Shown here one piece after another: positions 1 through 11,126 of a stretch of DNA of 64,000 nt. Origin of the DNA: Squalus acanthias (lineage: Eukaryota); contig CM059446.1 in assembly GCA_030390025.1 (NCBI GenBank), positions 55,986,001 to 56,050,000 on the forward strand, in the 5' to 3' direction. Position 1 is the first letter of the stretch. Each line of letters opens with the position of its first letter. A program made the translations under genes and the position numbers. Under the pieces are notes generated by a model. That model ran no database searches. It worked only from the letters and a program-made list of their open reading frames with translations, and was not told the origin of the DNA.

Positions 1-82
1 CAGCCATGATCATATTGAATGGCGGAGCAGGCTCGAAGGGCCGAATGGCCGACTCCTGCTCCTATTTTTCTAAGTTTCTATG
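1..82 (+). mobile_element. 3' tail of an HE1 SINE / CR1-type LINE
   Basis: cagccatgatcatattgaatggcggagcaggctcgaagggccgaatggcc...tttctatg, the same tail as 21160-21243, 26690-26780 and 51630-51709. Confidence 0.8.
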
Positions 83-317
83 TTTCCCTTTCCTGTAATG
101 GTGAAGAGAAGAAGAAAGTTCAAGCTCTGATCCCTGGTCCGTGCCGAGACAGCTTATCCCAGCTACAATGGGCTTTAGCGTCTCTAGGTTAGGCTGCAGG
201 GCTGCGCACACAACACAATTTGCAAAATTAAGAATTATTAAACATGAGAACACAGAAAGCTTGAAGAAAGCAGGTTCCTGGGAGGTGTAGTTCATGAATC
301 TCACCACTGGGTGGCAG

Positions 318-640
318 CATAGAATCATAGAATGGTTACAGCATGGAAGGAGGCCATTCGGCCCCTCGATCCCGTGCCGGCTCTCAGCCAGTCCCACGCC
401 CCCGCCCTTTCCCTGTAGCCCTGCAAAATTTTTTCTTTCAGATACTTATCCAACTCCCTTTTATAAAGATAAGATTGAGTCTGCCTCCACCACCCTTTCA
501 GGCAGTGTATTCCAGATCTTAACCACTCGCTGCGTGAAAAAAAGTTTTTTTTTTACGTCGTCTTTGGTTCTTTTTCCAAACACTTTGAATCTGTGTCCTC
601 TGGTTCTCGACCCTTCTGCCAATCGCAACAGTTTCTCTCT
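318..640 (-). mobile_element. CR1-like LINE 3' fragment
   Basis: Minus-strand peptide AEGSRTRGHRFKVFGKRTK...FFTQRVVKIWNTLPERVVEADS is a typical CR1 ORF2 C-terminus; same family as 19135-20349. Confidence 0.85.
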
Positions 641-1090
641 GTGGAAAAGATGAAGCACAACTTGTGAGAATGAGAGATTGAAACCATCTGTGAGCTGTCA
701 GTGTTTCTCCCTCCTTCCATCATTCCCCTGCATCATGGCTTTTGTTTTGATTCTCCATAAAAGGAGAAAAGCTGTTGTAAAAATCTGAGATGCAAGTAAG
801 GCACCAGCTTTAGTGGAATTCCTGGGGAAACTGGACTCAGTGATGTTTCGGGGCAGTTTCGATAGACAGGAGGCAAATCCTGACTGAGGAAATTAATGGT
901 GGCTCCCCAGATGGCTCAGTTGGTAAATTCAGCAGCCAGTGTGGTGCAGAGCCACACAGAGCCCAGGCTTGATCCCCCAGCATGTGTTAGATTAGCTTCT
1001 CTTAGCTAGGGCGACAGCTGTGATGCAAATGGCCTCAGTGTTCCTGGGTGAGAGAGGGGAAAAGTCAACCAGGGTCCTTGTCACTATCCA

Positions 1091-1258
1091 GTGTGTGTCT
1101 GTGAGTGTGTCTGAGTGTGAACGTGTGAGTTTCTGTGTAAGTGTGTCTGTGCACTTGTGCAAGCGAGTGTGTGCCTGTGTGAGTCTATGCGTGTGTGAGT
1201 GTGCTTGCGTTTGTGTGTGTGCGTTACAGTGTGTGTGTGTGTGAGTGTGAGTATGCGT
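1091..1258. repeat. Degenerate (TG)n microsatellite
   Basis: gtgtgtgtctgtgagtgtgt... running into the N gap. Confidence 0.9.
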
Positions 1259-1408
1259 NNNNNNNNNNNNNNNNNNNNNNNNNNNNNNNNNNNNNNNNNN
1301 NNNNNNNNNNNNNNNNNNNNNNNNNNNNNNNNNNNNNNNNNNNNNNNNNNNNNNNNNNNNNNNNNNNNNNNNNNNNNNNNNNNNNNNNNNNNNNNNNNNN
1401 NNNNNNNN
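1259..1408. other. Assembly gap (150 N)
   Basis: Run of n characters. Confidence 0.99.
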
Positions 1409-1857
1409 GGACATCAGGTGAGAACAGGCTCAGTAGGATTCTCCAAGGTTGAATGAACCGCTGCCATTCACTGGTTAGACTCAGAGGTGAAGGATGGAAC
1501 CATACCCTGCCCTGAGAGGAAGGCAGGAAACTGGAGGAAGGCAGGAAACTGGAGGGGTAAGCAAGAGATATTTCCAACATATCTGAAACATTTCTTGCTT
1601 ACTTCAGTTTTGATTTAACATATTCCCCCACCCCGCCAATAAAATGATTGTGTTGAAATCACTCCTGAGTATCCACTACTCTTTATAATATACTGGTGGA
1701 GTCAGCACAGATTGAATTCCCTCCAGTGCATTCGAGATGCTGCAGGTTTCGGTATGGGGAGCTGCAGCTTCGGCTTATTTAGTGGTAGAAGTGTGCGGCT
1801 GAAGTGTGACTCTGTGTTGACGCCCAAATAAGGAGTGTGCGACCTACATAGTAACTT

Positions 1858-2990
1858 TAACAGCAACTTGCATTTATATAGCATCTATAATATAGAATAA
1901 TGTCCCAAAGCGCTTCATAGAAAGGTAAGGAAAAGAGATGCTCAGCCAAAGAAGGAGAGATTAGGAGGGGTCACCACAAGTTCGGTCAAGGGTTTAAGGA
2001 GGGTCTTAAAGGGAGAGAAGGAGGTGGAGAGGTGCAGGGTAGGGGGTCGGAGCCAGTGTAGATGCAGGGTAGGGGGTCAGAGCCAGTGTAGATGCAGGGT
2101 AGGGGGTCGGAGCCAGTGTTGATGCAGGGAAGGGGGTCGGAGCCAGTGTAGATGCAGGGTAGGGGGTCGGAGCCAGTGTTGATGCAGGGAAGGGGGTCGG
2201 AGCCAGTGTAGATGCAGGGTAGGGGGTCGGAGCCAGTGTAGATGCAGGGTAGGGGGTCGGAGCCAGTGTAGATGCAGGGTAGGGGGTCGGAGCCAGTGTT
2301 GATGCAGGGTAGGGGGTCGGAGCCAGTGCAGATGCAGGGTAGGGGGACCGGGAGCCAGTGTTGATGCAGGGTAGGGGGTCGGAGCCAGTGTAGATGCAGG
2401 GTAGGGGGACCGGGAGCCAGTGTTGATGCAGGGAAGGGGGTCGGAGCCAGTGTAGATGCAGGGTAGGGGGTCGGAGCCAGCGTTGATGCAGGGTAGGGGG
2501 TCGGAGCCAGTGCAGATGCAGGGTAGGGGGACCGGGAGCCAGTGTAGATGCAGGGTAGGGGGTCGGAGCCAGTGTAGATGCAGGGTAGGGGGTCGGAGCC
2601 AGTGTAGATGCAGGGTAGGGGGTCGGAGCCAGTGTAGATGCGGGGTAGGGGGTCGGAGCCAGTGCAGATGCAGGGTAGGGGGACCGGGAGCCAGTGTAGA
2701 TGCAGGGTAGGGGGTCGGAGCCAGTGTAGATGCAGGGTAGGGGGTCGGAGCCAGTGTAGATGCAGGGTAGGGGGTCGGAGCCAGTGTAGATGCAGGGTAG
2801 GGGGTCGGAGCCAGTGTAGATGCAGGGTAGGGGGTCGGAGCCAGTGTAGATGCGGGGTAGGGGGTCGGAGCCAGTGTAGATGCAGGGTAGGGGACGAGCT
2901 GCAGAGTTTTGAATGAGCTGCAGTTTTCAGAGGGTGGAGTCCAGCCAAGAGAGCATTGGAAGAGGCCAGGAAGAGAGTCTGGAATTTGTC
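1858..2990 (-). mobile_element. L2-like LINE 3' fragment hosting the minisatellite
   Basis: aacttgcatttatatagc...gtcccaaagcgcttca...aaggagggtcttaaagggagag matches other L2-type tails here (4775-5960, 21430-21640). L2-like sequence appears to resume after the array (gcagagttttgaatgagctgcag...). Confidence 0.6.
2032..2893. repeat. G-rich minisatellite, about 28 units of 30 bp
   Basis: Unit AGGGGGTCGGAGCCAGTGTAGATGCAGGGT; four 32-bp variants (AGGGGGACCGGGAGCC...) shift the register by 2 nt each. Confidence 0.97.
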
Positions 2991-3099
2991 AGTAAGCCCA
3001 TCCCTTCCTGTCACATGATGTTACAACAAAAGCCTTTTTTTTCTTCTTGATTGGAAACCTGGGTGAGGGGCAAGGCCCACAGAGCAGGACATCATCAAA

Positions 3100-3410
3100 G
3101 TTAAAAAGAATAAAAGAAATGAGACAGAGGAAGAGTGAGAGGGAGAGAGAGGAAGAAGGTGAGGAAGAATGAGAGTGGAGAGAGAAAAAAGGTGAGGAAG
3201 AATGAGAGGGAGAGGGAGAGGAGAGAGGGAGAGAGACGAATGAAAGAGGAGAGTGAGAGGAGAGAGAGAGGGAGACGGTGAGGGAGAGTGAGTAAGAGAA
3301 GGAGAGTGAGAGAGGAGAGACAGACTGAGACGGAGAGTGAGAGTGAGAATGAGAGGGGGAGAGGGAGAGGGAGCGAGAGAGATGGAGAGCAAGAGGAAGA
3401 CGTGGAGGGT
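3100..3410. repeat. Purine-rich (GA) low-complexity tract
   Basis: About 300 nt almost entirely G/A on the plus strand. Confidence 0.9.
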
Positions 3411-4795
3411 ACAGTATAACATACCTGGCAATTACTGCAAACCCCGCAACATTCTTGTAGGATTGCAATCATATAAAACCTTTTCCTGTTGCACATTGTT
3501 TAAATCACACAGGTCCCTGTCACATGATGTTACTGTAACTCTTACTGATCCCTAAGGACTCCCTAAGCTAGGAGTTTGATTTCAATTTCAATTTTTAAAT
3601 ACTAAACACACCGTGTGCATCACGGACAATGAGGGCAGCCTGTGGCCAAAGCTCAGGGTAAAAGTGCTCGAGCTGAAACCCTGACCCTTGACTGAGGTGC
3701 AACAGGGTCAGGTTCAGAGGTTGCTGCGCCACACAGGATAAAAAAAAACCATTCATGAGACTCGATGTAAATGAATCAGTAATGTAAGTAAATGAATCAG
3801 GATTCGGAGGTACGGTGAAAAGTCTGGAACTTGAGGGGTGCCGAGGACATTCCGAGAGGGAATTATAGTGAGGTCATCTGCCAACTGGAAGCCTCATTAC
3901 TCTCTCACAGAAACATCTGCGTCAGGCTTCCCTCATTGTTTACACACTGGCTCGCACCACCCATGCATTCAAAATCAGTTCTGTTCCGAGTGTTCATAAA
4001 CTAAATTTGAAAAAAAAATTAGAAGAGATAAAAAGGTTGGGGTTTTTTTTTTGGGGGGGGGGGGTCTGCGAGGCAGCACAGCTTTAACAGAGCGGAGCAG
4101 ATGTAATATAAATATCTGCTGGCACAACCAGCAGAATGTGGGCACTGAGAGTTGCCATTAATAGAGCCTGAACTTGCATCGAGCAGGCACAAGAGGACAG
4201 TCCTCACGGCTTGTTGCTTTACCCTGTGCACAGCCTTCCATTTCACTTTTCTCTGCAAGAACATTATTTTCTAAAATTGCATCCTTGCGCGAATTTGTTG
4301 GAGGGGGTTGTTGAAAAAAGTTGATTCTGCCGCGGGTAAAGATTAAAAAAGAAGAATTCCCCTCCTTGCCACTCACAGCCAGACCCGCCCCCAATTAGTA
4401 GGCGAGGGAGGGAGGCTGCTGGAGTGTTTGGTTCAGCTCCAGACTCCGGCACAGATTGCTGCTTTGAGCTTTGATCTTTGAAGGCATCCTGATTCAATTT
4501 TACTCCCAGCGGATTCTGAGTGACTGCTAACCTGTCACTTCTTATTTATTATTTAAAGCAAGGAAATCACAGGGCAGAGATTACACCCCATATAAAGAGC
4601 TGGGGCTGGGGAAACAAGGGGCAAGGGCAGGATTGGGAGCAATGGGCAGAAGGGGACATATGCCCACGCCAGAGCTGTTTGAGGAGATATTATCCCCCCT
4701 GCTCCCAGAGGTGGCACCCATGGAATAAGGTAAAGGGCGGACAGTACTGGGTGGGTGTCAATACATCTTAGCCAACAACAACTTGCCTTTATATT

Positions 4796-5256
4796 CGGGT
4801 TGCCAACCCTCCAGTATTGCCCTGGAGTCTCCAGGAATTGAAGATTAATCTCCTGGACACGGCTGCGATCAACCCGGAGAGAAAATCATAGGGGCATTAA
4901 AAAAATCGAACACTTCTGTTTATTCATTATAAAAATATTGGAAATGGCAAAACAAAAAAAGGCTGCTCGACAGTCAAGCATCATCCGGTTGGGTAACGAA
5001 GAGTCTTTTCGCTTTCCAATTGGCCACGGGGGTGGCGGGGCTCCGTGAGGATGGACGTGCCGGACGACCAATGGTGGGAGTGTGGGGGCGGGGCAGTTGG
5101 AGGTCATGTGATGAAACCTCCAGGAAGACAGCCAACCAGAGTTGGCGAAGGGTCATCGACCTGAACCGTTAACTCTGTTTCTCTCTCCACAGATGCTGCC
5201 CGACCTGCTGAGGATTTCCAGCATTTTCTGGTTTTATTTCAGATTTGGCAACCCTA
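4796..5256. mobile_element. hAT-like (Blackjack-type TIR) non-autonomous DNA element
   Basis: Termini TCGGGTTGCCAA ... TTGGCAACCCTA; imperfect 8-bp flanks ctttatat / gtttatgt. The superfamily call rests on the recalled TAGGGTTGCCA TIR type. Confidence 0.65.
5146..5245 (+). mobile_element. Penelope-like 3' end fragment inserted in the MITE terminal repeat
   Basis: cgaagggtcatcgacctgaaccgttaactctgtttctctctccacagatgctg... flanked by duplicated ttggc. Confidence 0.7.
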
Positions 5257-5356
5257 GTTTATGTCGCACCTTTTAAGGTAGTAAAACGTTCCAAGGCATT
5301 TCACAGGAGCGTAATCAGGCAAAAATTGACACAGAGCCAAAGGAGATACAAGGACA

Positions 5357-5825
5357 AAAGCAAGATGCTGCGGATGCTGGAAATCTGAAATAACAACAGA
5401 AAGTGCTGGAAACACTCAGCAGGTCAGGCAGCATCGAGGAGAGAGAGAAACAGAGTCAACGTTTCAGGTCGAGGACCCTTCGTCAGAACTGGAAAAGGTT
5501 AGAGAAGAGAGGTTTTTAAGCAGGGGCAGGGAGGAGGGGAGGAAAGAACAAAGGGAAGGTCTGTGATAGGATGGAAGGCAGGAGAGATTGACTGACAAAG
5601 GGGATGATGGTGCAGGGCAAAAGGAGATGGTAATGGGACAAGTTAAGAAACAAAAGATGACTCTAGATGAGGTGTGAATGGCAATGGCAGAATCATCAAC
5701 AGCTACCATGCGAGAAGACAAGGTGTGGGGGGGGAAATTAAAAATTATAGGGGCCGAGTTTATAGTCTGAAATTGTTGAACTCGATGTTAAGTCTAGAAG
5801 GTTGTAAAGTGCCTAATCGAAAGAT
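5357..5825 (-). mobile_element. Penelope-like element 3' end (end of GIY-YIG ORF plus UTR)
   Basis: 5825-5760 translates IFRLGTLQPSRLNIEFNNFRL*, resembling the C-terminus of Penelope-like ORFs. Flanks agatacaaggaca (5344-5356) and agatatagggaca (5822-5834) look like a decayed TSD. Confidence 0.75.
5454..5490 (-). ncRNA. Minimal type I hammerhead ribozyme motif
   Basis: Minus strand AGUU-CUGACGA-AGGGUC-CUC-GACCU-GAAA-C-GUU-GACU: catalytic core CUGANGA/GAAA, stem II, palindromic AACGUU helix III region, stem I AGUU/GACU. Activity untested. Confidence 0.65.
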
Positions 5826-6649
5826 ATAGGGACAGGCAATCAAAAGCTTGGTCAAAGATAGGTTTTAAGGAGGGTTGTAAAGGAGAGAGAGGTGGAGCTG
5901 TCTGGGGAGCGAATTCCAGAGCTTAGGGCCTAAGCAGCTGAAGACACTGTCGATGGTGGCAATATCACCCATGAGAGCGAAGTCCAATCAGGTTATTTGT
6001 CCAATCTGAATGTTTTTTTTGCTGGAAGTAGTGACTGGGGTACGAATCCATAGGTTTCAGCTGCCCTCAGTGCCTCTCCCAAGTGACCACTCTCCACTTG
6101 TGAGCCCAGATGGCGAGTGTCGGCAAGTTACTGGGCCGTGGAAGGGGTGTGGGTGCAGTGGGCATCGCGCTCGAGCCTAATCCCATCCTCACTCGACAGC
6201 CAACAGCAGTCGCTGGAGAACCAGCAGGAGCAGGAACCCTCCCCTGCCCCGACTGAGGATCAGCAGGAACTTTTATTGCACAAAATAATCAATTTACAAA
6301 ATCCTGATCCATTCTCGTGGCAGAACCAAGGCAAAAAATCAACAAGGTCAGCCATAGAGTTGTGGCTCTCTCACTCTCGAAGAAAATCCTTTGATCTATC
6401 CCACTGTCTGGGAACACATCCTGAAGAAGCAGTCAGTCTGCCCGTGTGTCGAGGCCCCCAGCCCGTTACGAGTGCTAACACAGCAATTCTACACATTCTC
6501 CCACCCAAGGCAAACAATGTCTGGGGTCCCAATAGACAGCTTCCTGAACCTGGATCTCCTCCATCCACAGACGGTGACTATTGCCAGAGCGGTGTGGTTC
6601 GACTGGATCCAGCTTCCTGATGGAAATGGAAGCAGCAAGTTCCAGGAAG

Positions 6650-7105
6650 CTGATGTTGGCTCAGTTGGTAGCACTCTCGCCTCCGGAGTCAAGAAGGTCG
6701 AGGGATTCAGGCCCCACTCCAGAAACTTGAGCACAAAAATCTAGGCTGACAACCTCCTGGTGTTGTACTGAGGGAGCGCTGCACTGTCGGAGGTGCCGTC
6801 TTTTGGATAAGACGTTAAACTGAGGCCCCGTCTTCTCTCTCAGGTGGATGGAGAAGATCCACCGGCACTATTTCGAAGAAGAGCAGGGGGGAGTTCTCCC
6901 CGGTGTCCTGGTCAATATTTATCCCTCAACCAACATCACTAAAAGCAGATTATCTGGTCATTATCACATTGCTGTTTGTGGGAGCTTGCTGTGCACAAAT
7001 GGCTGCGGCGTTTCCTACATTACGACCATGACAACAAGAACTTCAATGGCTGTGAAGCGCTTTGGGGCATCCTCAGGGAATGAAAGGCGTAACAGAAATA
7101 CAAGT
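6650..7105 (+). mobile_element. Deu-domain SINE (SacSINE1/AmnSINE-like), near full length
   Basis: tRNA-like head (TTGGCTCAGTTGG), central ctgagggagcgctgcactgtcggaggtgccgtcttt...gggagcttgctgtgc domain, L2-like tail. Confidence 0.75.
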
Positions 7106-7565
7106 CGGTCCTTTTTTCCCTTTCGGTCTCTGAGCTCTCTGCTTGGGACAGACAGCCTGATGTGCTTGGCGTTCGAGAGCTGCTCCTTAGCGCTGGAGAC
7201 TGACATTTACAGAACTGCTGGTGAATTCGCAGCTTCGCTTTAGGGCTTGCTTGTGTGCAAGGAAGCTGCCTGGAATTAAAAAAAATATATATATATATAT
7301 AAACTAGGCACTAAAAGTAGAAATCATTCCGCCTGCAACATGCAAGGTGCAAGCGTGAATCATCACTGAAATCGCAGCAGCAGCAGATGATTAGAAGAGA
7401 AACCCTGACAACCCCCCCCCAACCCACCGCCCCCGCCCCCCCTCCGCACCTTGTCCTGCTGTTCGGTTCTTTGAATTGGCATAAGGTGGCAGTCCGACAT
7501 CCTGCACAAGAAACAGACCCTTGGTGTGGAGCGAGGGATGAGACGCTCTCTCTCTCTCCGTCTCT

Positions 7566-7684
7566 CTAAAAATAGCTGAGGGACAAGAAGCCAAACGGCA
7601 GCTATTTTAGGCACTGAATTTGCGTGTACACACACAGAGCTTTCTGGCCTCTGGAAGAGAAACTGCTGTGAGATGCACCAGCTG
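7566..7684. promoter_or_regulatory. Candidate MEF2/E-box enhancer core
   Basis: CTAAAAATAG (7566-7575) is a perfect YTAWWWWTAR. An inverted near-site GCTATTTTAG lies at 7601-7610 and CAGCTG at 7679-7684, all in repeat-free sequence. Confidence 0.35.
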
Positions 7685-7854
7685 TGTTATTATACCGATC
7701 TGTCTGGGGCCCTGCCTCCCTTACCGTCTAATCTTATGCCAGTGGTTCCTGTGGCCCGGGGGAATTATTACAAGCAGACAGTTAGCAAACCTATCCGATC
7801 ACTCTAACCCTTCGTCCTAATCATTAATATGAAGGCTTGTGCTGGAAGGGTGAC

Positions 7855-8180
7855 ACTCCCGTGCTGCACCGTCGGAGGTGCCGTCTTTCGGGTGAGCTGT
7901 TAAACCGATGCCACGTCTGCCCTCGCAGCTGGACGTAAAGAACCCATGGAAGAGCAGAGATGTTCAGGCCAATATTTATCCCTGAACTAACATCACCAAA
8001 GCAGATTATCTGGTCATTATCTCATTGCTGTTTGTGGGAGCTTGCTGTGCGCATATTTGGCTGCCATGTATCTTACATTACAACAGTGACTACACTTCAG
8101 AAGTACAGTACTTGATTGGTTGTAAAGCACTTTGGGATGTCCTGAGGTTGTGAAAGGCGCGATATAAATGCAAGTCTTTC
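7855..8180 (+). mobile_element. Deu-domain SINE, 5'-truncated
   Basis: Colinear with 6770-7105. Confidence 0.75.
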
Positions 8181-8394
8181 TTTAACACTAATCCCCCTGG
8201 GTTAGAGACAAGAAAATCCACCAGGATTCCCATTCCTGGTTGCTATCCAGTGGCTCCCTGTTGGAAAGTGTACACATGTGGACATGGGGTGAGGAACAAG
8301 GTCTGACTCGGCTGTGGCGACCCTGCAGTCAAATAGCCTGCTGCCATTCAACATTAAGGCTCACGTGTAAATAAAGGGCACTTGAGCAAGTAGT

Positions 8395-8642
8395 GCATCA
8401 CCTCCAAGTTCCCCTGCAAGTCACACACCATGCGAACTTGGAAATATATCATCGCTCCTTCATTGTGGTTGGGTCAAAATCCTGGAACTCCCTCCCTAAC
8501 AGCACTGTAGGAGCACCTTCACCACACAGACTGCAGCGGTTCAAGGTGGCGGCTCACCACCACCTTCTCAAGGGCAACTAGGGCTGGGCAATAAATGCTG
8601 GCCTTGCCAGCGACCTCCACATCCCAGGAACGAATTTTAAAA
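8395..8642 (+). mobile_element. LINE 3' end (CR1/L2 clade, separate family)
   Basis: Peptide SFIVVGSKSWNSLPNSTVG...LQRFKVAAHHHLLKGN*, then tail gggcaataaatgctggccttgccagcgac. Confidence 0.7.
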
Positions 8643-10242
8643 AGGCCCCCACTGCCTGTGGAACTGTGCAGCAGCATTTGTAGAAGAGAAGTTGAAGGGG
8701 AAAGAAGAGGCATTTAATATTTAAATTAAATAAGGGTGGAATTTCTTTGTGGGAGTTAAAATTAAAATTACAGAAGGACGAGGTGGGAGTGAGAATGATA
8801 ATGAGGCTTTAAAACAAACCTTTGCAGGTCATCATCTGTTGCCATTGGTTTCTGTTCCTATGGTGCTGTTATGGTAGTCCTGGGATTTACGCAGATCAGC
8901 AAGGCTGGATAATTACTGCAATAAAATGGGTGTGTTTAAGGAAACCCAACATTGTACTCAAGCTGATGACTGAAGCAATAATGTTTATCAGCTTGTAAAG
9001 CTTTAATCCAATTTTTTCAAGTCGTGAAAGAGCCAGGAATATGTGGAATTGTGGGCAACAGCAACTATTTACAAGGTTGTAATCCAAGTTAAAGGGGTCC
9101 ACAGTTGACAAACCATAAGCATCAAGTTGAATTTCTTTATTGTCTTTATCTGAAGCCCAATATCAGATTACACTGGGCAACATTTCCTCCCTCAGCAAAC
9201 TACGACCCAAAACACATGAACTGCTCGCTGATCTCACTGCTATTTGTAGAATCTTGCTGTGTGAGAATCGGTTGCCACATTTACCAACATAACAACAAAG
9301 ACTGCACTTCAAATGCTTCATTCATTGTCAATCAATTTGGGATGTTCTGAGGATGTGACAAGATGTAAATTGTCCCTCTCTATTGCACTCTGCAATCACA
9401 CCTTTCTGTTCACGTCCAGTTTTCAACCTTCCTCTTCAGAAGGATTGCTGATGAGTCCTAGACTTTGTCCCCATGGTTCCCAGGCATCGTTTCATTGCTG
9501 TTTGTGGGATCTTGCTGTGTGCAAATTTCCCTACATACCAACAGTGACTGAAATACCACCAGAGGGAACAACAAAGCCCATCTACTAAGGTAGATAAAGT
9601 GTCTCCCCGCACACCAGCACACAGCGCTCACACCTCCAGGTAAGTGGCTGGATAGCCATCAGGAGCGCAAAATCCGGCCAATTTCCCATCCCTAACTTGG
9701 GCACTAAGATCAATCGGAGCAGCCTCCCGTTACTCAGCAGAGTTCAGCTAACTCAAGTGACTAGAGCTTTGGCCTGGGACCTTCTTGGTCTGAATGGTTT
9801 GGTTACTTACTGGGCGAACTTGCCATTAGGGGGACCTCGATATATTTAATTTTTTTTTTAAAAAAGGACATGAAATGTTACGACAAATAACCTTACAACA
9901 GGCAATTCTTATAAAAAAAAACCGGGCATCTTAAAACAATGGCCACCCCGAAACTAACCCCAAGAGTAATAAATCCACCAACGCGAAGTTATTCTAAAAG
10001 AAATACTACCAGAGGAAACAACAAAAGCCCATCTACTGAGGCAGGGAAAGTGTCTACATGCACATTAGCACACAGCGCTCATGCCTCCAGGCAGGTCTAG
10101 CGTTTGAATTAACAATGCACATAGCGGACCACATCACATTCTCCACAGGCAGCTCCAGAGTCCAGTCTTCAATTGGAATCGCCATGGACTTAACCCTTGC
10201 AGTACCTTTGCTGGCTGATACATAAAGAATATAGGTTAGAAA

Positions 10243-10560
10243 TGGGTGCAGTAGTTTAGTGATTATGGTACTGGACTAATAATTCAGAGGTTGTGAATTC
10301 AAATCCCACCATGGCAGATTGTAAAACGGAATTCAATACATCTGATAAATTGTGGGGAAAGAACCAGAAAAATAACCCTGCTGGTTCACTAACGTCATTC
10401 AGGAAAGGGAACCTGCCAGTCTGGGTTACATGTGACACCAGTCCCATATATTGAGTTGACTCAATGCCCTTAGGGCAACCAGTGATGGGCAATAATTACT
10501 GCTTTGACAGTGTGTCCCCCACCCCCCCCACCCCCCGCCAACCCAAGAACAAATTTAAAA
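10243..10560 (+). mobile_element. tRNA-derived SINE sharing its 3' tail with the LINE at 8395-8642
   Basis: tRNA-like head (tagtttagtgattatggtactggac...ttcaaatccc) and tail agggcaaccagtgatgggcaataa. Confidence 0.55.
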
Positions 10561-11126
10561 AAGGTTGGAAATCCCCTGATCCCTCAGCCGGTAAAATGAA
10601 TGCGTAACTAAGTCATACAAAGCAGGAAGGACACAGGTTCAATCCTCAACCTGTTCTGAGTTAGCTGACCTGCGCTCAAGTTAGGAAGGAAAAATAAAAA
10701 ATCAGCAGCCAGGTTTCCTGCTCACGCTTTACAATCCAATGATTCCTCGCTGGAAAGGGCGTCTGGAGAGGTTTGCACTCAGTTGTAATGCCCTATGCAG
10801 TTGAATAGCCTGCCAATGTGCGCTGTTCAGTCTCACACATGAACATCTGGGCACCCGTGAAATGGTTCCGACCTCTTCAGCTGAGGGAGGGAGGCAAATC
10901 TGGAGATTTAAAACAAATCTGTTAGTTAGAAGGCATATATTGAGGCAAGCAAACAAGTCCTCCCACCCCCACCTCCTAAACAATGCTGCTCACAATTTAG
11001 GCTACGGCAGCTCTTCGTTGCCCAGCCACCCAGAGCAAACCTTCAGTCCCCATCACAGCAGCCAGCTTTGTGAAGGAATTCTAGGCTTTTTGCTTCCACT
11101 ACTGCATTCAGGAGTCCTTTACGCAT

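Larger units (their letters stand above)
897..1500 (+). mobile_element. tRNA-derived SINE (unassigned family X) interrupted by a TG-type microsatellite and assembly gap
   Basis: A-box-like TGGCTCAGTTGG near 913-924. The SINE body runs to ...cactatccagtg and resumes after the gap as ggacatcaggtgagaacagg. Confidence 0.6.
4775..5960 (-). mobile_element. L2-like LINE tail split by three younger insertions
   Basis: Pieces at 4775-4795, 5257-5356 and 5826-5960 join into a tail colinear with 1858-2035. Confidence 0.6.

Noticed and set aside
2032-2893. CRISPR-like periodic array
   Set aside because: Head-to-tail tandem units without unique spacers, in a vertebrate genome.
1986-3014. 342-aa ORF on the minus strand
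   Set aside because: Translation of the stop-free 30/32-bp minisatellite; the repeat peptide switches with each 32-bp unit; no coding evidence.
2989-3555. Ser/Leu/Pro-rich ORFs
   Set aside because: Artefacts of the GA-rich low-complexity tract.
6117-6744. Overlapping 167-aa and 117-aa ORFs
   Set aside because: Start or end in SINE sequence, no recognisable domain or convincing splice pattern.
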